Source of the DNA: Chloroflexota bacterium
GTDB taxonomy: Bacteria > Chloroflexota > Limnocylindria > Limnocylindrales > CSP1-4
NCBI GenBank assembly: GCA_017881915.1
Contig: JADGQK010000003.1
Coordinates: 7,365-71,364 of the forward strand
Reading direction: 5' to 3'
DNA: 64,000 nt
Below the pieces are notes generated by a model, which made no database searches, was not told where the DNA came from, and saw only the letters and a list, made by a program, of their open reading frames with translations. This document shows positions 32,812 to 44,941 of this stretch, piece by piece (positions within the stretch are counted from its first letter, which is position 1; the number at the start of each line of letters is the position of its first letter). The translations under genes were made by a program, and so were the position numbers.

Positions 32812-33431
32812 GGCGACCCGGCCGGCCGGCCGACGACTTCGACCCCGGCGGCCTGCATCTCGGCCACTGCCCGATCCCCGTCGCCGGGGGCCAGGTCGAC
32901 CGGTCGGATCCCGTCGGCCAGGATCCGGGTCGGGTAGCCCAGCCGGATGGCGTCGAGGGCGGTCGCCTTGACGCAATAGTCGGTGGCCAGGCCGGCGACC
33001 ACGACCCGCTCGATGCCCGCCGCCCGGAGCAGGCCGTCGAGTTCCGTCGGGGACTCCCGGCCCGTGCTCGGATCTCGCGTCGAGAAGCCCGAGTAGCCGT
33101 CCTCACCGGCTGAGCCCTTGCGGACCCTGGAGCCATCCACCAGGAGGTTCGGGTGGAGCTCGGCGCCCCACGTCTCCATCACGCAATGGACCGGCCAGAT
33201 CCCGCCGTCCCGGGCGAAGTGAGGAGTGACGGCGGGGTGCCAGTCCTGGGTGTAGACAACGAGGGCACCCGACCCGCGAGCCGCTGCAACCTGGCTGTTC
33301 AGGAAGGGAATGATCGCGTCGCCACCAGCCACCGCCAGCGCGCCGCCCGGATCCGCGAAGTCGTTCTGGACGTCGATCAGCAGGAGTGCGCTGGTTCGGT
33401 CGTAGCCTGGATCGAGCAAGTTGGTCGTCAC
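32808..33431 (-). CDS. pncA: nicotinamidase / isochorismatase-family hydrolase
   Basis: LLIDVQNDF, DWHP, GLATDYCV catalytic Cys motif. Confidence 0.85.
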   Translation of the reverse strand: MTTNLLDPGYDRTSALLLIDVQNDFADPGGALAVAGGDAIIPFLNSQVAAARGSGALVVYTQDWHPAVTPHFARDGGIWPVHCVMETWGAELHPNLLVDGSRVRKGSAGEDGYSGFSTRDPSTGRESPTELDGLLRAAGIERVVVAGLATDYCVKATALDAIRLGYPTRILADGIRPVDLAPGDGDRAVAEMQAAGVEVVGRPAGSP

Positions 33432-33518
33432 CCCGTGAGGCTACCGCACTCGCGCGACCGGGTTCGCGATTCACGCGATCGCGACCGATCCGCAACCACG
33501 CCTTCGGGCTCGATCCGC

Positions 33519-33524
33519 TACGCT
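33519..33524 (+). promoter_or_regulatory. candidate -10 (TACGCT) for a leaderless or very short-leader aceE transcript
   Basis: TACGCT, then 8 nt, then ATG 33533. Confidence 0.25.
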
Positions 33525-33532
33525 CCGGGGAG

Positions 33533-36229
<2,697 letters not shown>

Positions 36230-36259
36230 GGGCCTGCTTGAGGCCTGCCGAAGCCGCGG

Positions 36260-37039
36260 CTACTTAATCAGGTAGACCACCGCGACGGTGATCGTCACGT
36301 CGGTCGTGCCAGCCTGGACCGGCGTCGCCACCTTGGCGTCCGGGGCACTTGCGGCACCGAGCGCGTAGGGGATCGGGTACTGGATCGGGGCCGAGGTCTC
36401 GGTGATCGAGGCTACGCCGCCAATCGAGATCCCGGCGGCCGCGGCCAGTGTGTCGGCCTTTGACTTTGCCTCGGCCATCGCTGCCTGGCGTGCCTGCGCC
36501 TCGGCCGCGGTCTGGTTGTCCACCCGGAAGCTGACGCCGTCGAGCGACGTGGCGCCGGCGGTCAGGGTGTTATCGATCGCATCGCCCAGCTTGTCCAGGT
36601 CGCGGACTGTGACGGTCACGCTGTTCGACATCTGAAAGCCGGTGATCCGGGGCGGGTTGGTCCCGTTGTTGTAGTCGTAGGTGGGCTGGAGCGAGACGTT
36701 CGAGGTCTGGATGTCCTTGTCAGCGATCCCCAGGGCCTTCAGGGCCGCGATCACCTTGGTCATCGCCACGGCCGCATCGGTCCGGGCCGCTTTCACCGTC
36801 GGCCGGTTGAGCAGGACGCCCAGGTGGAGGTCGGCGACATCGGGCTTGAGGGTGACTGTGCCGGTTCCGGAGACGCTGACGGTGTGCTCCGGGGTCGTGC
36901 TCGAGGGGTCCACGGCGAGGGTCGGGCGGGGCGTCAGCGCCGGCGCCGAGGTCGCCGCCAGGAACAGGCTGACGCCGATCCCGGCGGCGATCAGGCGAGT
37001 GCGGACACCGGGCGTCGGGATGGTCAGGGTCGTGGACAT
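36260..37039 (-). CDS. SIMPL (DUF541) domain secreted protein
   Basis: Signal/TM helix then VSGTGTV...PD.A.L.LGV and a SIMPL-like repeat pattern. Start at internal Met 37039. Confidence 0.8.
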   Translation of the reverse strand: MSTTLTIPTPGVRTRLIAAGIGVSLFLAATSAPALTPRPTLAVDPSSTTPEHTVSVSGTGTVTLKPDVADLHLGVLLNRPTVKAARTDAAVAMTKVIAALKALGIADKDIQTSNVSLQPTYDYNNGTNPPRITGFQMSNSVTVTVRDLDKLGDAIDNTLTAGATSLDGVSFRVDNQTAAEAQARQAAMAEAKSKADTLAAAAGISIGGVASITETSAPIQYPIPYALGAASAPDAKVATPVQAGTTDVTITVAVVYLIK

Positions 37040-37169
37040 CTGGTTGTGCTCCTGTCGGATCGCCGGCCTGTGCGGCTGGTCTGGCCCGAAAGACGGCGGC
37101 GGTTCGCGATCGGTTCCCGCGAGCGGCATCATTGGCTGGAGCTGACCTCGCATCGCCAGGTGAATTCGC

Positions 37170-37520
37170 ATGGATGCCCACGAACTGCGTGATGTCGAAA
37201 CCGCGCGGGCCGCACGCGCCGAGCCATGGCTCGAGTTCATCCGTTACCCGGCCTTGAGTGTCGGGCTGTACGTGCTCGATGCCGGGCAGCCGGACTTCCA
37301 GTCGCCGCACACCGAGGACGAGATCTACCACGTCGTCGAGGGCCGCGGCCAGATCACCGTGGGCAGCGAAGTCCGGAGGATCGGCCCGGGCGCCGTGGTC
37401 TACGTCGGGGCGAGGGTTCCCCACCACTTCCACGACATCACCGAGCGACTGACCCTGCTCGTCGTCTTCGGTCCGGCCGAAGGCTCGCTGGCCGGCGGGC
37501 CGGCGGCCCCGGACGCCTGA
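37170..37520 (+). CDS. cupin-domain protein
   Basis: HTEDEIYHVVEG...G...VPHHF cupin motifs, 116 aa. Confidence 0.75.
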   Translation: MDAHELRDVETARAARAEPWLEFIRYPALSVGLYVLDAGQPDFQSPHTEDEIYHVVEGRGQITVGSEVRRIGPGAVVYVGARVPHHFHDITERLTLLVVFGPAEGSLAGGPAAPDA

Positions 37521-37535
37521 CCTGACTGAGGCGGC

Positions 37536-38270
37536 TCAGGACTCGGGAGCGCTGCCCAACAGCGCAGCCAGCCGGCGTGCGCGAAGGGCCGACTCGCCGT
37601 TGGCATCATGGCGGAAGAAGACGAAGGCGTCATCGCCGGCCGCCAGGAACGGCTCGAGCCGGGCGGCCCAGGCGGCCAGCCCGGCCTCGTCGTAGCCGGT
37701 TCGGCGCAGGCGGAGGTACAGGAACCCGCCCGTCCGCCGGATCGGCGGCGGTTCCTCGAGGTGGTCCAGGTCGGTGGTACACAGGACCGCGCCGACCCGG
37801 GCGAGCGCAACGAATGTCTCGTCGACGTGCCACGACCGGTGCTGGAACTCGAGGGTCAGCCGGACGTCGCGCGGCCAGCAGTCGAGCAGCGCCGCCAGTC
37901 GGGCGTCGTCGCGCTCGATTTCGACCGGCACCCGGAACAGGACCGTGCCCAGACGCTCACCAAAGCGGCGCAGCGGATTGGTCAGCCAGGGCACGGACGT
38001 ACCGGGATCGACCGTCAGCGCACGCAGGCTGCCGCCGCGCTGGGCCTTCACCGCGAATCGGAACGCCGGCGGCGTCGCCGCCAGCCAGCCGTCGATCGCG
38101 CCTTCTGAGGGGCTGCGATAGAACGTGTTGTTCAGCTCACACGCCGGAAGCTGCGCCGCGTAGGCCCGCAGGAGGTTCCGCTCGGGCACGTCCGCCGGAT
38201 AGAAGCGCGGGGCCCAGTCGCGGTAGGCGAAGCCGCTCGTCCCGACCAGGAGCCGGCCGGCGATCGTCAG
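37536..38270 (-). CDS. DUF72-family protein (probable CTG start)
   Basis: LLVGTSGFAYRDWAPRFYP N-terminal signature. CTG 38270 has GGAG 7 nt upstream and lies 28 nt below the MarR stop. The only ATG (38354) would overlap MarR by 56 nt. Confidence 0.75.
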   Translation of the reverse strand: MTIAGRLLVGTSGFAYRDWAPRFYPADVPERNLLRAYAAQLPACELNNTFYRSPSEGAIDGWLAATPPAFRFAVKAQRGGSLRALTVDPGTSVPWLTNPLRRFGERLGTVLFRVPVEIERDDARLAALLDCWPRDVRLTLEFQHRSWHVDETFVALARVGAVLCTTDLDHLEEPPPIRRTGGFLYLRLRRTGYDEAGLAAWAARLEPFLAAGDDAFVFFRHDANGESALRARRLAALLGSAPES

Positions 38271-38298
38271 CCGACGACTCCGCGGCGGGCGGAAGCCG

Positions 38299-38889
38299 TC
38301 ACTCGGCCGCGGGTTGGACGCCGGCCCCGGAGCGCCGGCGCGGCGCCACGCCATCCGGGCCGCCGTCGAAGCTGCTCGTGGCGCAGACCGGGTCGCCTTC
38401 GGCCCGGACGCGCTCGCCGATCGCCCGGAACGTGCCCGCCAGCAGCTCCAGATCCGCGCCCGGCACGACGGCCAGGAAGTACTGGTCAATCCCGCGCAAG
38501 TGGGTGGTGGCCGCGGCGCGGAGGCGGGCCAGCCCGGCATCGGTGAGGACAGCCAGGGCGCCTCGACCGTCGGACATGCAGGTGGATCGCTCGATCAGGC
38601 CGTCCGCCTCGAGCCGATCGATCAGGCGGGTTACCCCGCTGCGGCTCAGGAAGATGCCGTTCGCGAGTTGATTCATCCGGAGGGCGCGGCCGGGTGCCTC
38701 GGCCACCTGGAGCAATGCCGAGTACTCGCCCAGGGTCAGGCCTTCCTCGGAGCGGAGATCCTCGTCCAGCCGGCGCGTGAGCAGGGCGTGGGCCATCAGG
38801 AATGTGCGCCACGTATCGAGGCGCGGATCGCCCGCGCTCAGCACGGAATCGTCGTGAGTTTCGAGCCTGGTCGCAGCCATGCGGCGCAT
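38299..38889 (-). CDS. MarR-family transcriptional regulator
   Basis: LTLGEYSALLQV...MNQLA...SRSGVTRLIDRLEADGLI winged helix. Confidence 0.85.
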   Translation of the reverse strand: MRRMAATRLETHDDSVLSAGDPRLDTWRTFLMAHALLTRRLDEDLRSEEGLTLGEYSALLQVAEAPGRALRMNQLANGIFLSRSGVTRLIDRLEADGLIERSTCMSDGRGALAVLTDAGLARLRAAATTHLRGIDQYFLAVVPGADLELLAGTFRAIGERVRAEGDPVCATSSFDGGPDGVAPRRRSGAGVQPAAE

Positions 38890-39083
38890 TCTACCTCAGG
38901 GCGCAACTTGTTGACACCGCAATGATCAAGACGTCAGCGGGCGCTCGCCCGGCACCGTCGAGAGAGTAGCCGGAGCGGATCCGGTCGTAGCCGAACTGCT
39001 CAGGCGATTCGGCCTCGATCGGCATCCGGCGATGGCGCATCTGGCCGACTGTACCGGCGGTGGCCTTACCGCCGGAGGGACGC

Positions 39084-39089
39084 TAGGAT
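39084..39089 (+). promoter_or_regulatory. candidate -10 (TAGGAT) for a leaderless transcript
   Basis: TAGGAT, then 6 nt, then ATG 39096. Confidence 0.35.
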
Positions 39090-39095
39090 TCCCGG

Positions 39096-40361
39096 ATGAC
39101 ACGCTTCGATGTCGATGCGCTTCGGCGCGAGTTCCCTGCTCTCTCGGTCGAGCAGGATGGCCGCCCGCTGGCCTATTTCGACGGACCGGGTGGGACGCAG
39201 GTCCCGCAGCGAGTGATCGACGCGGTCGTCGGCTACTACGCCTCGTCGAATGCGAACGACGGCGGGGCGTTCCTGACGAGTGAGCGCAGCGATGTCGTCG
39301 TCCGCTCCGCTCGGGCGGCCGTCGCCGAATTCCTGGGCGCGGCATCACCCGACGAGATCAAGTTCGGCCAGAACATGACCTCGCTGACGTTCCACGTCAG
39401 CCGCTCGATCGGGGCGACACTCCAGCCAGGCGACGAGATCCTGGTTACGACGCTGGATCACGAGGCGAACGTCGGGCCGTGGCGCTCGGTGGCTGCGGAT
39501 CGCGGCCTCACTGTCCGGACGATCGACATCCGGCCCGACGACGTGACCCTGGACATGGCCGACTTCGAGCGCCAGCTCACGTCGCGAACGAAGCTCGTGG
39601 CAATCGGCTACGCCAGCAATGCCGTCGGCACGATCAGTCCGGTCGAGGACATTGTCCGTCGGGCCCATGCGGTCGGCGCCCTGACCTACGTCGACGCCGT
39701 CCATTACGCGCCGCACCGGTCGATCGACGTCCAGTCGCTGGGTACGGACTTCCTGGCCTGCTCGAGCTACAAGTTCTTCGGGCCGCACCTGGGTGTCCTG
39801 TACGGACGTACCGAATTGCTCCAGAGCCTGCCGGCCTACAAGGTCCGGCCGGCCCACGATCGATTCGAGACCGGGACCCAGGGCTTCGAGTCCATTGCCG
39901 GTGCTGGGGCCGCGATCGACTACCTCGCGTCGGTCGGTCAGCGGTTCGGGGCCCTGTCGGATCCCAGCCCCGGTCAATCTCCGCGCCGGGCCTGTCTGCA
40001 GGCAGGGATGAGCGCGATCCGGACCCACGAGATGGTCCTCTTCGGCCGCCTGCTCGACGGCCTCGAGCAGATCCCTGGCCTGCGGATCTGGGGGATCACC
40101 GATCGGACCCGCTTCGCCGAGCGGACGCCGACGGCGGCCGTGACGCTCGATGCGATCGAACCACGGGCCGCGGCCGAGGCGCTCGGGGCCCGCGGCATCA
40201 CGACCTGGGACGGCAACTTCTACGCCCAGGCCCTGATCGAGCGGCTCGGCCGGGCCGAATCCGGCGGCGTCCTGCGCCTCGGGATCGTGCACTACAACAC
40301 CACCGGGGAGATCGACCGGCTCCTCGGGGCCCTCGAGGAGGTTGTTACGGGGCGGCGTTAG
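39096..40361 (+). CDS. class V aminotransferase / cysteine desulfurase-like PLP enzyme
   Basis: HEANV, SSYKFFGPH (PLP Lys region), 421 aa. Confidence 0.85.
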   Translation: MTRFDVDALRREFPALSVEQDGRPLAYFDGPGGTQVPQRVIDAVVGYYASSNANDGGAFLTSERSDVVVRSARAAVAEFLGAASPDEIKFGQNMTSLTFHVSRSIGATLQPGDEILVTTLDHEANVGPWRSVAADRGLTVRTIDIRPDDVTLDMADFERQLTSRTKLVAIGYASNAVGTISPVEDIVRRAHAVGALTYVDAVHYAPHRSIDVQSLGTDFLACSSYKFFGPHLGVLYGRTELLQSLPAYKVRPAHDRFETGTQGFESIAGAGAAIDYLASVGQRFGALSDPSPGQSPRRACLQAGMSAIRTHEMVLFGRLLDGLEQIPGLRIWGITDRTRFAERTPTAAVTLDAIEPRAAAEALGARGITTWDGNFYAQALIERLGRAESGGVLRLGIVHYNTTGEIDRLLGALEEVVTGRR

Positions 40362-40375
40362 CACGGCGATTCCGC

Positions 40376-40557
40376 GTGCATGGTCGCTGTGAGCGTAGCG
40401 CTGCACCACAAGGCGTCCTCGGGCGACCGCAACGCAGTTCGCGACACAGATTAGTGGCGATCCAGGCTCAGATCCTTTGTGGGGAGCCGTCGATCGACCG
40501 CTCGCCGGCGCGAATCGGACCTTACGCCCCGGACCTGTGCTCACAGCGACCATGCAC
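40376..40557. repeat. perfect 19-bp inverted repeat pair enclosing 144 nt
   Basis: GTGCATGGTCGCTGTGAGC at 40376-40394 and its exact reverse complement at 40539-40557, in a convergent intergenic region. Confidence 0.85.
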
Positions 40558-40666
40558 AAAGAACGGAACGGCGTAACGGTTTGAGCGCTCCCTGCATGCA
40601 GCGAGCACCGAGGGCCTTCGTGCGGGGCGGGCTACGAGCCGGCTACTCGCCGTCACTCCGAGCGAG

Positions 40667-41167
40667 TTACTCGGAGCTAAGCGCCTCGGCCAGCCAGGGC
40701 AGCGCCGTGACGCCGTCCTCCTCGTAGGCGTTGCCGAACGACCAGGTGGCGCCATCGGCAGAGTCGACCCAGCCGTTGAGGAGCGCCTCGATGACCGGGA
40801 TACCGGCTGCCAGCGGGATCGTGAAGGACGTCAGCTCCTGCTCCCGCCCGTCGAGCGTGCCGCCCAGCGCGGTCACGCCAGGAGCCAGCTCGGCGTCGAC
40901 CCGGCCGGCAAGATCGAGGCCCGGGTACCAGACCTGGACGCACAGGTTTCCCCCATGCTCCTTGACCCGGTACAGGCTGGAGATGGGATCGACCACGAAG
41001 ATGTCACCGGCAGCCAGGCCGTCGAGGATACCTGGGGAGGCCAGCAGGCGATAGCGGGCTGGCCCCAGCACTTCGACCGGAACCTCCTCGAAGACGGGCT
41101 GGCCCGACTCCTTGAGCGCGGCCAGGAGGCGGACGGTAGGCTGATTCGGCGCTGGACTGCTGGACAT
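40667..41167 (-). CDS. hypothetical protein, DUF4265-like by pattern
   Basis: 166 aa; Y-x-L-x-x-P...GL-x-x-GD pattern recalled from DUF4265, not verified. Start at internal Met 41167. Confidence 0.5.
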   Translation of the reverse strand: MSSSPAPNQPTVRLLAALKESGQPVFEEVPVEVLGPARYRLLASPGILDGLAAGDIFVVDPISSLYRVKEHGGNLCVQVWYPGLDLAGRVDAELAPGVTALGGTLDGREQELTSFTIPLAAGIPVIEALLNGWVDSADGATWSFGNAYEEDGVTALPWLAEALSSE

Positions 41168-41212
41168 GGCGGCATTGTCGCTGATTCGGTGCGAAACGCA
41201 CAGGCGCCTGGT

Positions 41213-41218
41213 TATCCT
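41213..41218 (+). promoter_or_regulatory. candidate -10 (TATCCT) for a leaderless transcript
   Basis: GTTATCCTGC context; TATCCT, then 6 nt, then GTG 41225. Confidence 0.3.
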
Positions 41219-41224
41219 GCCCGG

Positions 41225-42097
41225 GTGACGACGCTGGCCGCCTTCGGGGCACAGAGCATGACCGCGCCGTTGCGCGAGGTCCTCGTGAAGCGGCCCGGGC
41301 CGGCTTTCGGGCGGGCGTTCGACGAGCCCGCTCACGGCTTCCTGCACCCGGTCGACCTGGTGGTGGCCCAGCGCGAGCACGACCTATTCGTCAAGTTGCT
41401 GGCCGGGCTCGGGCCCACCGTTCACGAGCTCGGCGTGGAGAGCGATAGCCCAGACCTCGTCTACCAGTTCGATCCGCTCCTCGTCTCGGATCGAGGGGCG
41501 ATCCCGCTGCGTGCCGGAAAGCCCGGCCGCCGGGGCGAAGAGCTCGTCGTTGAAGGCTGGGTCAACGCCCGGGGCATCCCCACCCTCGGCCGGATCGAAC
41601 CGCGTGGGACGGTCGAGGGCGGCGATACGTTCTGGCTTCGGCCGGACCTGCTGTGCATTGGCCGGACGCTGCGCACGAACGAGGCCGGGGCCCGTCAGCT
41701 GGCCACCCTGGTCGGCGGCGACGTCCGGATCTTCGACCTGCCCTACTGGCGCGGTCCTGCAGAGTTGATCCACCTCCTGTCGGTGATCTCGCCCGTCGCG
41801 GATGACCTCGCCGTGGTCTACCTGCCGCTCCTGCCGGTCGGCCTGTGGCAGCTCCTGGGCGAGCTCGGGATCCGGCTCATCCCCGTTCCCGACGGCGAGT
41901 TTCCGACCCTCGGCTGCAACGTCCTCGCCGTCCGTCCCGGCGTGGTGATCCTGGCCGAGGGCAATCCGGCCACAGCGGCGGCCCTGGCTTCCGCCGGGTG
42001 CGAGATCCACACGTACCCGGCTACCGAGATCGGGCTGAACGGCTCGGGCGGTCCGACCTGCCTTACCCGCCCGCTCTGGCGGCAGACGGAGCCGTGA
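41225..42097 (+). CDS. amidinotransferase-fold enzyme (DDAH / arginine deiminase-related)
   Basis: GGDTFW, H-L-x-S, C-terminal GSGGPTCLTRPL catalytic Cys motif. Start GTG 41225 or ATG 41258. Confidence 0.75.
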   Translation: MTTLAAFGAQSMTAPLREVLVKRPGPAFGRAFDEPAHGFLHPVDLVVAQREHDLFVKLLAGLGPTVHELGVESDSPDLVYQFDPLLVSDRGAIPLRAGKPGRRGEELVVEGWVNARGIPTLGRIEPRGTVEGGDTFWLRPDLLCIGRTLRTNEAGARQLATLVGGDVRIFDLPYWRGPAELIHLLSVISPVADDLAVVYLPLLPVGLWQLLGELGIRLIPVPDGEFPTLGCNVLAVRPGVVILAEGNPATAAALASAGCEIHTYPATEIGLNGSGGPTCLTRPLWRQTEP

Positions 42098-43374
42098 CCG
42101 GCCGGCTCAATCTGATCGAGCAGGCGGCCGTCGACTCGATCGACCTTGCCAGGATCGGCCGGGAGCTCGCTACCATCCTGGCGATCCCCAGTGTCACCGG
42201 CGATGAGGAAGCGGTCCAGGCCGTGCTCACTGGGCTGATGGCCGAGTCGGGCCTGAGCGTGGAGCAAGTCGCGACCGATCCGCTCCTGCTCGCCCAGGAT
42301 CCCGATTGGCCTGGCAGCGAGACGGAGCGGACGACCCTGCCGGTCGTCATCGGGCGGGCCGGTGTGCCGGGCGGGCGCCGGGTGATCGTCCTCGGCCACG
42401 TCGACGTCGTGCCGGTTGGGGATGCATCCCTGTGGCGGACGCCGCCCTGGACGCCGACGCTCGTCGACGGCAAAGTGTTCGCTCGCGGTGCGGTGGACAT
42501 GAAGGGCGGCGTGATTGCCGGCCTGGCCGCAGTGCGGGCGGCGACTGCCGCGGCAGCAGCAGCCGGACCGGGGCTCAGCGGCGAGATCCTGTTCGTGACT
42601 GTCCCGTCCGAGGAGGACGGCGGGGCCGGGATCCTGGCGGCGATCCGGGCCGGGGTCAGCGGCGATGCCGCGGTGATCCCCGAGCCTTCCGGGCTCGATA
42701 TCGTGACGGCCCATGCCGGGGCAATCACGTTCCGGCTGACGATCACCGGGAAGGCCGCCCACGCCTCGAAGCGCCGGGAGGGTGTGTCGGCGCTCGACAA
42801 GCTGACCGTCCTGACCGATGCGCTGGCGGTCGACGAGGCGACCCGCAACAAGGCCGAGATGCGGCCCCGGCTGGCGGCTCTCGGCCTGCCCTACCCGACG
42901 ATCATCGGCAAGGTCAGCGGCGGATCCTGGGCCTCAACGGTCATCGACCAGGTCGTGGCGGAAGGGCGTTACGGCGTCCGGCTCGGCGACACCTGGCGCG
43001 AGGCAGAAGTCGAGCTGCGCTCGGCGATCACCGCCGCGTGCACCGCCGATCCGTGGTTGCGTGACCACCCCGCCATCGTCGAGCTGACCGGTGGCCGGTT
43101 CTCGTCGGCCGAGCTTCCCGATGACCATCCCCTCCCGGCCGGCCTGGCCGCCACCGTGGGCGACACGCTCGGCCGCCGACCCGCTTTCCTGACCGAGCCC
43201 TATGGCGCGGACATGCGCCTGTTGATCCATGAGGGCGGGACCCCGACCGTGATCTTCGGACCGGGCATGCCGGAGGTCGCCCACGCGCCGAACGAGCACG
43301 TCTCGCTCGAGGAGGTCGCCGATTGCGCCCGTGCGCTCGCCGTCTGGCTGCTCCGCGAAGTCGGCCCAGCCTGA
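42094..43374 (+). CDS. M20-family metallopeptidase (ArgE/DapE/ACY1-like)
   Basis: GHVDVVP, GAVDMKGG, EEDGGAG, HAPNEH motifs; GTGA overlap with the upstream gene. Confidence 0.85.
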   Translation: MTGRLNLIEQAAVDSIDLARIGRELATILAIPSVTGDEEAVQAVLTGLMAESGLSVEQVATDPLLLAQDPDWPGSETERTTLPVVIGRAGVPGGRRVIVLGHVDVVPVGDASLWRTPPWTPTLVDGKVFARGAVDMKGGVIAGLAAVRAATAAAAAAGPGLSGEILFVTVPSEEDGGAGILAAIRAGVSGDAAVIPEPSGLDIVTAHAGAITFRLTITGKAAHASKRREGVSALDKLTVLTDALAVDEATRNKAEMRPRLAALGLPYPTIIGKVSGGSWASTVIDQVVAEGRYGVRLGDTWREAEVELRSAITAACTADPWLRDHPAIVELTGGRFSSAELPDDHPLPAGLAATVGDTLGRRPAFLTEPYGADMRLLIHEGGTPTVIFGPGMPEVAHAPNEHVSLEEVADCARALAVWLLREVGPA

Positions 43375-43527
43375 CTGGTCGCACTGGTCAGTCTCGGACG
43401 GCGGCGATCTCGACCTCGATCCGGTGGCGTGCGACGAGAGCGCTCACCGCGACCGTTGCGCGGGTTGGCGAATCCACCGGAATGATCGGCGCGTCACCTT
43501 CGAACCCTCCGGCTCAGACTCGGATGC

Positions 43528-44895
43528 TCAGCCGAAGAGCTCGTCAAGGGCCGCCCCAAAGGCGGCCGTGTGAGCGTCGACGTCGGCCTCGGTCGTGTCC
43601 GGGCTCATCAACGCCATGTTGTGGAACGGCGTCATCAGGATCCGCCGGTTCATCACGTAAAGGTGCAGGAACCGCTCGAGCTCCGGGTCACTGGCGGCCC
43701 ACTGCGCTGCTCCGTCCCGCGGTGGCATGGGCAGAAAGTGATACTCCGCCCGGCAGCCCAGACGGGTCACGTGCCAGGGCACATTCCGAGCCTGGATCGC
43801 GTCCTGGACCCCGGCGGCCCAGCGTTCCGCGAGCGGGATCATCCGCTCGAACGCGGCTTCGGTCAGGACCTTGCCGAGGGTCGCCCGGACCGCGGCCAGC
43901 GACAGGGCATAGCCGGCCAGTGTCCCGCCCACGCCCCCGACATCGGAGTTGTCGACCTCGAGCATCGCGTTGATCCGGTCGCCGAGCTCGGCGCTGAAGC
44001 CGTAGGTACCGACAGGGATCCCGCCACCGATCGTCTTGCCGATGACCAGGATGTCCGGATCCAGCCCGAAGGCCCGGGTGTAGCCGCCCGGGCCGGCACA
44101 GATCGTATGGGTCTCGTCGATGATCAGCAGGGTTCCGTACTGGCGGGTGAGCTCCCGGACGCCTTCGAGATAGCCCGTTTCAGGCAGGACGATCCCGATG
44201 TTGGTGAGGGCGGGCTCGATCAGCAGGACCGCAACATCGCGATGGCTGAGCGCCGCCTCCAGGGCGGGCAGGTCGTTGTAGGGCACGACCCGCGTGGTCA
44301 CGGCAGGATCGACCGGCGGTCCCATGTTGCCTTCGCGGGGCCCTACGCGGCCGTCGGGGCCCAGGGTGGCGATCGTCTCGTCGACCGAACCGTGGTAGCA
44401 GAAATCGTGGACGGCGATCTTCGGCCGGCCGGTGACCATCCGGGCAAGGCGGATCGCGAAGCGGTTCGCATCGGTGGCCGTGAGGGTGAATTGCCAGTAC
44501 TTCAGGCCAAATCGGCGCTGGAGCTCCTCGCCGCACCAGATGGCATCCTCGGTCGGCAGCATGTGGGTGATCCCGTGGCCGTCAAGCTGGTGCTCGACCG
44601 CCGCGACGGTTGCCGGCGCGCCGTGGCCGGCCATCGCGCCGGTATCGCCCAGGCAGAAGTCGATGTAGTCGTGGCCCTCGACATCGCTGAAGTGAGCGCC
44701 CGCGGCCCGCTCGACGAAGATCGGGAAACCGCCGGCCCATTTGACCATCCAGCTCATCGGCACCCCGGCCAGGAGCGAGCCTTTGGCCCGCTCGAAGAGG
44801 GCGAGGGACTTCGGATGGTCGTCGCGGAACTGGCGGATCTCGCGGTCCATGAGCACCTGGAGGCGAGAGCGGTCAAGGGTCATTGGCTCGGTCAT
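43528..44895 (-). CDS. class III aminotransferase (glutamate-1-semialdehyde aminomutase-like)
   Basis: LIIDETHT, VIGKTIGGG PLP-Lys region. Start at MTEPMTLD. Confidence 0.85.
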   Translation of the reverse strand: MTEPMTLDRSRLQVLMDREIRQFRDDHPKSLALFERAKGSLLAGVPMSWMVKWAGGFPIFVERAAGAHFSDVEGHDYIDFCLGDTGAMAGHGAPATVAAVEHQLDGHGITHMLPTEDAIWCGEELQRRFGLKYWQFTLTATDANRFAIRLARMVTGRPKIAVHDFCYHGSVDETIATLGPDGRVGPREGNMGPPVDPAVTTRVVPYNDLPALEAALSHRDVAVLLIEPALTNIGIVLPETGYLEGVRELTRQYGTLLIIDETHTICAGPGGYTRAFGLDPDILVIGKTIGGGIPVGTYGFSAELGDRINAMLEVDNSDVGGVGGTLAGYALSLAAVRATLGKVLTEAAFERMIPLAERWAAGVQDAIQARNVPWHVTRLGCRAEYHFLPMPPRDGAAQWAASDPELERFLHLYVMNRRILMTPFHNMALMSPDTTEADVDAHTAAFGAALDELFG

Positions 44896-44941
44896 CGGCT
44901 CATGATGCCTGCCGGACTGCGCCCGGCGCAGGTCGTTCCGG

